Part shown: piece after piece, positions 9,597 to 17,454 of the stretch
How the letters are laid out: each line of letters begins with the position of its first letter
How positions within the stretch are numbered: position 1 is the first letter of the stretch
Assembly (NCBI GenBank): GCA_965116475.1
Contig: OZ220691.1
Coordinates: forward strand, 1,120,001 to 1,184,000
From: Gemmatimonadota bacterium
GTDB taxonomy: Bacteria; Gemmatimonadota; Gemmatimonadetes; Palauibacterales; Palauibacteraceae
Direction: 5' to 3'
Length of the DNA: 64,000 nucleotides
Translations under genes and position numbers: made by a program
Notes under the pieces: generated by a model
The model's database searches: none
Told to the model about the DNA's origin: nothing
Seen by the model: only the letters and a program-made list of their open reading frames with translations

Positions 9597-10814
9597 ATGA
9601 AGGTTTCACGGCGAGTTCGCGGCATCCCTGCCACTCGATGGCTCTTCCTGGCGATCATCCTGCCCTCGACGATCCTCGCGGGCGCGACCCGGTTCACACC
9701 GGCGCTGTCGGCGCAGGAAGCGCGCACGCTCTCCTACGGCGAACCGGAGGAGGTCGGCATGTCCCGCGCCGTCCTCGAGGGCGCCCTCGGGCTGTACCAC
9801 GAGGCGGTCGAGCGGGGCGACATCGTGGGCGCCGTCCTGCTGGTCGCCCGCAAGGGGAAGATCGTCCTCCACGAGGCCGTCGGCATGCGCGACAAGGAGC
9901 GCGGGCTGCCCATGGAGCGGAACTCGATGTTCCGCATGGCCTCGAACACGAAGCCCGTCGTGGCCACGGCCATCGCGCAACTCGTCGAAGAGGGCAAGCT
10001 CTCCTACGACGACCTCGTGCGGGAGTACATGCCCGAGTGGGACAACTACCGCGCGGGGTTCATCACGGTCGGCCACCTGCTGTCCCACAGCAGCGGGCTC
10101 CGCATCCCCACCCTCTTCCTGCAGCCGCTGGGCGACAATCCGACCCTGCAGAGCGAGTCGGCCCGCTTCGGCGCGATCGGGGCGGAGGTGACGCCGGGCG
10201 AGACGTACTCCTACAACAATCCGGGCTACAACACGCTCGGCGCGCTGGTCGAGATCGCCTCCGGCCAGCTCCTGGAGGACCGGCTCATGGAGACCGTCTA
10301 CGGGCCGCTCGGGATGGCGGACAGCTACAACCACCACGCCGAGCACCCCGTCGGCGGCAAGGTCGACCGCATGGGCTCCGTCTACTACCAGCGTGGCCCC
10401 GACGGCGACTGGATGCCCGGCGGCACCCCGGGAGGCCCGGTGGCCTTCCCCTTCGCGCGCGCCTCGGGCGGGATGATCTCGTCGGCGTGGGACTACGCGG
10501 TCTTCGCCCAGACCTTCCTGAACGGGGGGACCTACGACGGCGCCGAAATCCTGACGCCGGAATCCGTCGAACTCATGACCTCGCCGAAGATCCACATTGC
10601 CGGCGAGGGGGACGAGGCGAGCTACTACGGATACGGCTGGCGGCTCGCCGACGGCACGTACGGCCACGGTGGGTCGGACGGCACGAACGCCTGGCTCGAC
10701 CCCGACCGCGAGATCATCGGTCTCGTGTTCACGCAGACGCCGCGCGGCGACAACCGCGGCACCCGCCTCGAGCGCTTCCGCGAACTCGTGAACCTCTCGC
10801 TCGAAGGCAACTGA
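9597..10814 (+). CDS. Serine hydrolase, beta-lactamase class C-like family, secreted
   Basis: FRMASNTK (SxxK), LLSHSSG, YSYNNPGY, YGHGGSDGT; signal peptide. Confidence 0.85.
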   Translation: MKVSRRVRGIPATRWLFLAIILPSTILAGATRFTPALSAQEARTLSYGEPEEVGMSRAVLEGALGLYHEAVERGDIVGAVLLVARKGKIVLHEAVGMRDKERGLPMERNSMFRMASNTKPVVATAIAQLVEEGKLSYDDLVREYMPEWDNYRAGFITVGHLLSHSSGLRIPTLFLQPLGDNPTLQSESARFGAIGAEVTPGETYSYNNPGYNTLGALVEIASGQLLEDRLMETVYGPLGMADSYNHHAEHPVGGKVDRMGSVYYQRGPDGDWMPGGTPGGPVAFPFARASGGMISSAWDYAVFAQTFLNGGTYDGAEILTPESVELMTSPKIHIAGEGDEASYYGYGWRLADGTYGHGGSDGTNAWLDPDREIIGLVFTQTPRGDNRGTRLERFRELVNLSLEGN

Positions 10815-10824
10815 CCGCGGCGAT

Positions 10825-11649
10825 TCAGGCGGACGACCGGCGGCGCAGCCATTCGACCGTCAGCAGGAGCGCGAGCGCGAACACGACGAGGAAGGTGGCT
10901 ACGGCGAGGATCGCGGGGCTGATCTGTTCCCGGATGCCGGCCCACATCTGTCGCGGGATCGTCCTCTGTTCCAGTCCGCCCATGAAGAGCACGACGACGA
11001 CCTCGTCGAACGAGGTGGCGAAGGCGAACAGGGCCCCGGAGATCACGCCGGGCGCGATGAGCGGCAATTGCACCGTCCTGAAGGTGCGCACGGGCCCGGC
11101 GCCGAGGCTGGCCGCGGCCCGCGTGAGGTTGCGGTCGAAGCCCGACAGCGTGGCGACGACCGTGATGACGACGAAGGGCATGCCGAGCGTGGCGTGGGCC
11201 AGGATGAGCCCGAGGTGCGTCTGGGCGAGGCCGACGTTGGTATAGAAGAAGAACATCCCCGCCGCGGAGATGATCACGGGCGTGACCATCGGCGAGATGA
11301 GGAGTCCGGTGATGAAACGGCGGGCCGGCATGGCGGCGCTCGAGAGCCCGAGGGCGGCGAGCGTGCCCAGGGCGGTTGCGAGCACCGTGGCGGAGATCCC
11401 GATCACGAGGCTGTTCGCGAGGCCCCGCGTCCAGGCCTCGTTCTCGAGGACCTCCCGGTACCAGCGCAGCGACCACGCCTCGGGGTCGAGCCGGAGCATC
11501 CCCTCGGTGAAGGTGAAGTAGGGCTCCGCGTTGAAGCCCAGGGGCACGATCACGATGATCGGCGCCACGAGGAAGATGAAAACGAGGACGCAGAAGGCGA
11601 GGTGGGCGAACCGGCCGATGCGGGCTCCCGTCACGATTCTCTCCGCCAC
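10825..11649 (-). CDS. potC: Polyamine-type ABC transporter permease (PotC-like)
   Basis: SLRWY, EAA-loop variant LTRAAASLGA, FATSFDEVVV, QRTIPRQMW. Confidence 0.85.
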   Translation of the reverse strand: MAERIVTGARIGRFAHLAFCVLVFIFLVAPIIVIVPLGFNAEPYFTFTEGMLRLDPEAWSLRWYREVLENEAWTRGLANSLVIGISATVLATALGTLAALGLSSAAMPARRFITGLLISPMVTPVIISAAGMFFFYTNVGLAQTHLGLILAHATLGMPFVVITVVATLSGFDRNLTRAAASLGAGPVRTFRTVQLPLIAPGVISGALFAFATSFDEVVVVLFMGGLEQRTIPRQMWAGIREQISPAILAVATFLVVFALALLLTVEWLRRRSSA

Positions 11650-11651
11650 CC

Positions 11652-12863
11652 TCAGCCGAGGCTCATGCGCTCGACGCCCACGAGACGGTCGTAGAGCAGG
11701 TAGAGGACGAGCACGCCGGCGAGGAGGAGCGCGCCAAGCGCCGCCGCCAGCCCCCAGTTCAGCGACGTCTGCATGTGGTAGGCGACCATGTTCGAGATCA
11801 ACTGGCCGCTGCTCCCTCCCACCAGCGCCGGGGTGATGTAGTAGCCGATCGCGAGGATGAAGACGAGGAGCGACCCGGCTCCGACGCCGGGCAGCGTCTG
11901 CGGCCAGTAGACCCGGCGGAACGCCTGCGCGGGCGTGGCGCCCATCGAGGCGGCGGCCCGCATGTGCAGCGGCGGAATCGAACGCATCACCGAGTACAGG
12001 GGCAGGACCATGAAGGGCAGCAGGACGTGCGTCATGGCCACGAGCGTGCCGGTCATGTTGTAGACCATGGAAAGCCGGCCGTCGTCTCCGACGAGCCCGA
12101 CCGCCACCAGCAGATCGTTGATCACCCCCTGCGTCTGGAGGAGGACGATCCACGACGTGGTGCGAACGAGGAGCGACGTCCAGAAGGGCACGAGGACGAG
12201 GGCGAGCAGCAGGTTGCCCCGGCGCGGCGGCGCGTGCGCGATGAGGTGCGCGACCGGGTAGCCGAGGATGAGGCAGAACACGGTGATCGCCAGACTTACG
12301 AGCAGGGTCCGCCACAGCAGGGGCAGGTAGATGCGCCGTTCTTCCGGCTGGGGGGCGATCGAGCCGTCCGGCAGCCGCTGCATGTCGACGGCGTTGAGGT
12401 AGTGGCGAGCCGTGAAGCGCTCGCCCGCGGCGCGGATCGCATGCCAGGTGCCCGGGTCGACCCAGGCCGAGTCGATGCCCGCCATCGCCTCGCGCCAGGG
12501 CCCGCCGGCCACGTCCGCGAGGTCCCGGGCGGTGCGCGTGAACACGCTGCGCAGTCCGCTCTGCAGCCGGTTCACGCGGCCCGCGACCTGCCCCAGCGTT
12601 CTCGCCTCCCGCGCCGACCCGAGTTCCCGCGCCGCCGCCTCGTATGCCGCCTCGGGAGGCAGCCCTTCCCCCTCCCAGTCGCGCAGCTCCGCGAGGGTGG
12701 CGGGCAGCGCATCCGCGACCACCGGGTCGTGGACGCTCCGCAGCAGCATCGTCCCCAGCGGAGCCAGGAAGGTGACGCCGAGGAAGATCAGCAGCGGCAG
12801 CACGAGCCCCATGGCCCGCAGCCGCTCGCGGGGGGGCGGCCGGACTTTCAGCGTGCCAACCAC
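11652..12863 (-). CDS. potB: Polyamine-type ABC transporter permease (PotB-like, with large periplasmic insert); start uncertain
   Basis: LILGYPVA, VPFWTSLLVRT, HVLLPFMVLPLY, RAAASMGA, GYYITPALVGG. Confidence 0.85.
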   Translation of the reverse strand: MVGTLKVRPPPRERLRAMGLVLPLLIFLGVTFLAPLGTMLLRSVHDPVVADALPATLAELRDWEGEGLPPEAAYEAAARELGSAREARTLGQVAGRVNRLQSGLRSVFTRTARDLADVAGGPWREAMAGIDSAWVDPGTWHAIRAAGERFTARHYLNAVDMQRLPDGSIAPQPEERRIYLPLLWRTLLVSLAITVFCLILGYPVAHLIAHAPPRRGNLLLALVLVPFWTSLLVRTTSWIVLLQTQGVINDLLVAVGLVGDDGRLSMVYNMTGTLVAMTHVLLPFMVLPLYSVMRSIPPLHMRAAASMGATPAQAFRRVYWPQTLPGVGAGSLLVFILAIGYYITPALVGGSSGQLISNMVAYHMQTSLNWGLAAALGALLLAGVLVLYLLYDRLVGVERMSLG

Positions 12864-13954
12864 GCGCTGAAGCGCTCGTTCAGCACGTCCTGATGGTCCA
12901 CCCACCAGGCCCAGTCCCGCCGGAGCGCGCGCGCCAGGTTGGCGGGATGCGTGGGCAGGTGCGGCCCCATCTCCACGCCCGTCTCCAGGTGGGTGGTGAT
13001 CAGCGGCGCGGCCGAGGCCCGCGCGGGGCCGTAGGATATTCGGCGGCCGAGGGCCGCGAGCGCCTCGGTGCTACTCGCGAAGCTCGCGAGTCGCATCGCC
13101 TCCTCCACCCGCGGCGTGCCGGCCACGATGGCCAACTGGTTGATGTCCAGGAGCTGCCCGTCCCACACGATCTCGAACGGCTGGTTCTCCAGCGCCTGGG
13201 CGTTGAAGATGCGCCCGTTGTAGGCCGTGCTCATGACGACCTCGCCGTCGGCCAGCATCTGGGGCGGTTGGGCGCCCGCCTCCCACCACACGACGTGATC
13301 CTTGATCGTATCGAGCTTTCGGAACGCCCGATCCAGGCCCTCCGGCGTGTCGAGCAGGGCGTACACCTCCTCCGTCGGCACGCCGTCCGCCAGGAGGGCG
13401 ATCTCGAGGTTGAACATGGGAACGCGCCGCATGCCGCGGCGCCCGGGAAACTTCTCGAGGTCGAAGAAGTCGGCGATCGTCTCCGGCCTGGCGCCCGGGA
13501 AACGGCTCGCATCGAACGCGTAGATCGTGGACCAGACGACAACCCCGACCCCGCAGTCAGAAAGGGTCCCCGGGGCGAAGTCCTCCGCCGCCGGCGTCCC
13601 GTCCGCTCCCGGGGGCAGCAGCTCCGCATCGATGTACTCGAGCAGCCCCTCGTCACAGGCGAGCGTGACGTCCGACACGTTGAGGTCCACGACGTCCCAG
13701 TAGACGTTGCCCACTTCCACCTGGGCCCGGATCTGAGCCAGACCGCCGGTGAAGTCCTCGACGTCCACCCGGATCCCGGTGGCGGCGGCGAACGGTTCGA
13801 ACCACGCCTCCGTGCTCGCCTTCTGATACGAGCCGCCGTAGGAGACGGCGGTAATCGACTGGGCCGCGGCGTGCCCGGCGAGACACGCGGCGAACAGGGC
13901 CGTGCATGCCGGCGCCCGCGCCAGAGCCGCCATCGCGCCCCCGTCAGTTCGCAC
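12848..13954 (-). CDS. Polyamine-type ABC transporter substrate-binding protein (paralog 2)
   Basis: VSYGGSYQ, GGLAQIRAQV, DFFDLEKFPGRRG, WWEAGAQPPQMLADGEV, AYNGRI. Confidence 0.88.
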   Translation of the reverse strand: MRTDGGAMAALARAPACTALFAACLAGHAAAQSITAVSYGGSYQKASTEAWFEPFAAATGIRVDVEDFTGGLAQIRAQVEVGNVYWDVVDLNVSDVTLACDEGLLEYIDAELLPPGADGTPAAEDFAPGTLSDCGVGVVVWSTIYAFDASRFPGARPETIADFFDLEKFPGRRGMRRVPMFNLEIALLADGVPTEEVYALLDTPEGLDRAFRKLDTIKDHVVWWEAGAQPPQMLADGEVVMSTAYNGRIFNAQALENQPFEIVWDGQLLDINQLAIVAGTPRVEEAMRLASFASSTEALAALGRRISYGPARASAAPLITTHLETGVEMGPHLPTHPANLARALRRDWAWWVDHQDVLNERFSAWLAR

Positions 13955-15074
13955 GGGTCAGCCAGGCGCTGAAGCGCTCGTTCAGCGCGTCCTGGTTGTC
14001 CACCCAGAACTCCCAGTCGTTGCGCAGGGCGCGTGCGACGTTCTCGGGGCTCGTGGGCAGGTGGGGCGCCATCTCGACGCCGGTCGCGAGATGGGTCGTG
14101 ACGAGCGGCTCCCCGGATCGGCGGGCCGGACCGTAGGAGATCCGGCGTGAGACCGCCGCCAGCGATTCCCCCGTCGTCGCGAAGGCGACGAAGCGAAGCG
14201 CGTGCTCCAGTCGCGGCGTCCCCGCCACGATGCTCAACTGGCCGTAATCGAGCACCTGGCCGTCCCACACGATGACGAACGGCTGCTCCTCCAGGATCTG
14301 GGCGTTGAAGATGCGGCCGTTGTAGGCCGTGCTCATCACGACTTCGCCGTCCGCCAGCATCTGCGGCGGCTGGGCGCCCGCCTCCCACCACACGACCTGG
14401 TCCTTGATCGTATCGAGCTTGTCGAAGGCGCGGTCGAGCCCTTCCGGCGTGGCGAGCGTGGCGTACACGTCGTCGAGCGGGACTCCGTCCGCGATGAGGG
14501 CAAATTCCAGGTTGACCTGCGGGACGCGGCGCATTCCGCGGCGCCCCGGGAACTTCTCGAGGTCGAAGAAGTCCGCCATCGTCGCGGGCTGCTCGTCCGG
14601 GAAGAGGTCGGCGTTGTACGCGTACACCGTGGAGTAGAAGAGCATCCCGGCCCCGCACTCCCCCTGCATCTCCGGATAGAAGTCCTCCCGCGCGGGCGTC
14701 CCGTCGGGCGCCGGCGGCAGCATGTCGATGTCGATCGGCTCCAGCAGGCCCTCGTCGCAGCCGCGCATCGCGTCCGCCATCTCCAGGTCCACGACATCCC
14801 AGTACACCGCGTCGACGTCGACCTGCGCGCGTATCTGGGCGAGGCCGCCGTTGTAGTCTTCCATGTCGACCCGAATCCCGGTCTCGTCCATGAACGGGAC
14901 CTGGATGGCTCCGCGATACGCCCGGCCGTAGGAGCCTCCCCAGGAAACGGCCGTGATCGCCGGATCTTCCGGCGCCTGGGGCCCGCAGCCGAGCGTGAAC
15001 GCGGCCGCGGCGGCGAGGACGACGAGCGTCGCGTCCCGTGATCCGCGGAGCGCCGATCTCTGCTTGGAATTCAT
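13944..15074 (-). CDS. Polyamine-type ABC transporter substrate-binding lipoprotein (paralog 1)
   Basis: Lipobox-like FTLGC; VSWGGSYG, DFFDLEKFPGRRG, WWEAGAQPPQMLADGEV; GGAGA RBS before ATG 15074. Confidence 0.88.
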   Translation of the reverse strand: MNSKQRSALRGSRDATLVVLAAAAAFTLGCGPQAPEDPAITAVSWGGSYGRAYRGAIQVPFMDETGIRVDMEDYNGGLAQIRAQVDVDAVYWDVVDLEMADAMRGCDEGLLEPIDIDMLPPAPDGTPAREDFYPEMQGECGAGMLFYSTVYAYNADLFPDEQPATMADFFDLEKFPGRRGMRRVPQVNLEFALIADGVPLDDVYATLATPEGLDRAFDKLDTIKDQVVWWEAGAQPPQMLADGEVVMSTAYNGRIFNAQILEEQPFVIVWDGQVLDYGQLSIVAGTPRLEHALRFVAFATTGESLAAVSRRISYGPARRSGEPLVTTHLATGVEMAPHLPTSPENVARALRNDWEFWVDNQDALNERFSAWLTRAN

Positions 15075-15097
15075 GCGTTTCTCCAAATCTGTCCGCG

Positions 15098-16240
15098 TCA
15101 TGCGCGGCTCCCCTCGTCCCCTTCGAAGTCCAGCGCGCGGCAGTCGTTGACGGTCCATCCGATGCGGACGGTGTCGCCCACCATCATGGCGCCGTGCCCC
15201 ACGATGTTCGGGATCTTGGCCACGACATCCCGGCCCCCGCAGGCGGCCAGCCGGACGCGCAGGTGGTCGCCGAGAAAGGTCATGTCCTCGATGGCGGCCT
15301 CGACGACGTTGTGATAGAGACCCTCCTCGGGCTTGATCGCGATCCGCTCGGGGCGGATAGAGAGCGTGACCGTTTCGCCGACCCCGCACGGGGCGATCCG
15401 GAAGGCCCGGATCCGCTCGCCCCCCACGTCCACTTCGCACAGGTCCCCCTCCACGAGCGTCACCCGGCCGTGGAGCCGGTTGTTCTCGCCGATGAAGCGG
15501 GCCACGAACGCGCGTTCGGGCTCCTCGTAGAGCCCCTCCGCTCCGGCAATCTGCTCGATCCGGCCGCCGTTGAGGACGGCGATCCGATCCGACATCACCA
15601 TCGCCTCCTGCTGGTCGTGGGTGACGTAGACGACGGTCACGCCCAGCCGCTGATGGATGGAGCGGATCTCGTACTGCATCTCCTCGCGCAGGCTGCGGTC
15701 CAGGGCGCCGAGCGGCTCGTCCATCAGCACGAGTTCGGGTTCGAACACGAGGGCCCGCGCGATGGCCACGCGCTGCTGCTGACCGCCGGAAAGCTGGCCC
15801 GGCCGCCGATCCTCGAGGCCGCCGAGGCGGACGAGGTCGAGCGCACGTTCGACGCGCTCGCGGCGCCGATCCTCCGCGATGCCGCGCACTTCCAGCGGAA
15901 ACGCGAGGTTCGCGCCCACCGTCATGTGCGGAAAGAGCGCGTAGTTCTGGAACACCATCCCGATCCCGCGCTTGCGGGGCGGAAGATCCTGGACGGAGCG
16001 CCCGCCGATGCGGATCGTGCCCGACGTTGCGGTCTGAAAGCCCGCGAGCATCATCAGGATGGTCGTTTTCCCCGAACCGGAAGGACCGAGCAGGGTCACG
16101 AATTCGCCCCTGCCGATGCCGAGGTTCAGGTCGTCCACCACCAGCGTGCGGCCGTCGTAACTCTTGCTCACGCCCTCGAACTCCACGTGCGCGGTCGGGC
16201 TGTGACGGCCACTCTCCGCGCCGTTGCGACCCGCGATCAT
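15098..16240 (-). CDS. potA: Polyamine-type ABC transporter ATP-binding protein (PotA-like)
   Basis: Walker A GPSGSGKT, VFQNYALFPHMTV, LSGGQQQRVA, LMDEPLGALD, VTHDQ, C-terminal TOBE. Confidence 0.92.
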   Translation of the reverse strand: MIAGRNGAESGRHSPTAHVEFEGVSKSYDGRTLVVDDLNLGIGRGEFVTLLGPSGSGKTTILMMLAGFQTATSGTIRIGGRSVQDLPPRKRGIGMVFQNYALFPHMTVGANLAFPLEVRGIAEDRRRERVERALDLVRLGGLEDRRPGQLSGGQQQRVAIARALVFEPELVLMDEPLGALDRSLREEMQYEIRSIHQRLGVTVVYVTHDQQEAMVMSDRIAVLNGGRIEQIAGAEGLYEEPERAFVARFIGENNRLHGRVTLVEGDLCEVDVGGERIRAFRIAPCGVGETVTLSIRPERIAIKPEEGLYHNVVEAAIEDMTFLGDHLRVRLAACGGRDVVAKIPNIVGHGAMMVGDTVRIGWTVNDCRALDFEGDEGSRA

Positions 16241-16370
16241 CTGGCGATCCTGCCTTGTTTTTCGGAATATGGGATGGTGGTCAGCCCCGATCGGGACCGA
16301 CCAACTTGAAGCCGGCGGCGCCAATCCGCGAGTGCGCGTCGCCCTGGCCGTTTGGAGTGGAGGAGGAACG

Positions 16371-17414
16371 ATGAAGATCAGGAACCGGAGGGCGGGAGGG
16401 GTCACGTGGGCCGCCTGCCTGCTCGTCCCCGTCGCCGCGTTCGCCCTGGCGACCGCGGGAGAACCGGACGCGAAGCTGGATTCGGTCTCCGCCGCGCAGG
16501 CCTTCATCTCCCTGCTCGACGAGGCGGGACGCGAGAAGGCGCTCTTCTCCCTGGAGGACGAGGAGCGCTTCAACTGGCACTTCGTCCCGAGGGCCCGGAA
16601 CGGACTGCCGCTCGCCGACATGACGAGCGAGCAGCGCGGCGCCGCGCACGATCTCCTTCAGGCCGCCATGAGCAGCCAGGGCTTTCTGAAGGCCAGCGCG
16701 ATCATCGAACTGGAGCGCATCCTGGGACTCCTGGAGGGGCGGCCCGAGCGCCGGGATCCGGAGAACTACTATGTCGCGATCTTCGGCGACCCGTCCGCGG
16801 ACGGGCCGTGGGCGTGGCGGTTCGAGGGGCATCACCTCTCCCTCAACTTCTCATCGCCTTCCGATCTGCTCACGGTGACGGGGCCCGCGTTCATGGGCGC
16901 GAACCCGGCCCGCGTGCCGTCGGGCCCGAAGGCGGGCTGGCGGCCGCTGGGGCGGGAGGAAGACCTGGCCCGCGCGCTGATGCGGAGCTTCACGCCGGAG
17001 CAGCGCGAGCGGGCGACCATCGCGACCGAGGCTCCCAGCGACATCCTCACCGGGAACGACCGCGAGGCCCGGCTCGACGCGTTCGAGGGTCTGCCCGCCG
17101 ACGCCATGACGGCGGAGCAGCGCGCGGTCCTGTTCGAGATCGTGCACGAGTACGCGGGGAACGCGACGACGGGCGCCGACTGGATGGCGCGGGTGGAGAA
17201 CGAGATTCCGGCGAGCGACATCCACTTCGCCTGGGCGGGTCCGCTCGACCCCGGCGCGGGACACTACTACCGGGTCCACGCGCCGACCTTCCTCATCGAG
17301 TACGACAACACGCAGAACGACGCGAACCACGTGCACTCGGTGTGGCGGGATCTGGAGAACGACTTCGGGGGCGACGCGCTGGCGCGCCACTACGAGGAGT
17401 CCGACCACCACTGA
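16371..17414 (+). CDS. DUF3500 domain-containing secreted protein
   Basis: RFNWHFVP, WRFEGHHLSLN, YYRVHAP.FLIEYDNTQNDANHVHSVWRDLENDFG; GGAGGA RBS; signal peptide. Confidence 0.85.
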   Translation: MKIRNRRAGGVTWAACLLVPVAAFALATAGEPDAKLDSVSAAQAFISLLDEAGREKALFSLEDEERFNWHFVPRARNGLPLADMTSEQRGAAHDLLQAAMSSQGFLKASAIIELERILGLLEGRPERRDPENYYVAIFGDPSADGPWAWRFEGHHLSLNFSSPSDLLTVTGPAFMGANPARVPSGPKAGWRPLGREEDLARALMRSFTPEQRERATIATEAPSDILTGNDREARLDAFEGLPADAMTAEQRAVLFEIVHEYAGNATTGADWMARVENEIPASDIHFAWAGPLDPGAGHYYRVHAPTFLIEYDNTQNDANHVHSVWRDLENDFGGDALARHYEESDHH

Positions 17415-17416
17415 CG

Positions 17417-17448
17417 CCGCGCGGCCCGGCGAACCCGGTCCCGCGCGG
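17417..17448. terminator. Possible bidirectional hairpin between convergent genes
   Basis: CCGCGCGG...CCGCGCGG self-complementary arms around an imperfect CCGG/CCGG core, in the 40-bp spacer between convergent stops. Confidence 0.3.
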
Positions 17449-17454
17449 ACAGGT

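Noticed and set aside
9597-10814. True beta-lactamase
   Set aside because: Only the family-level SxxK motifs are present, and most such proteins are esterases or peptidases.
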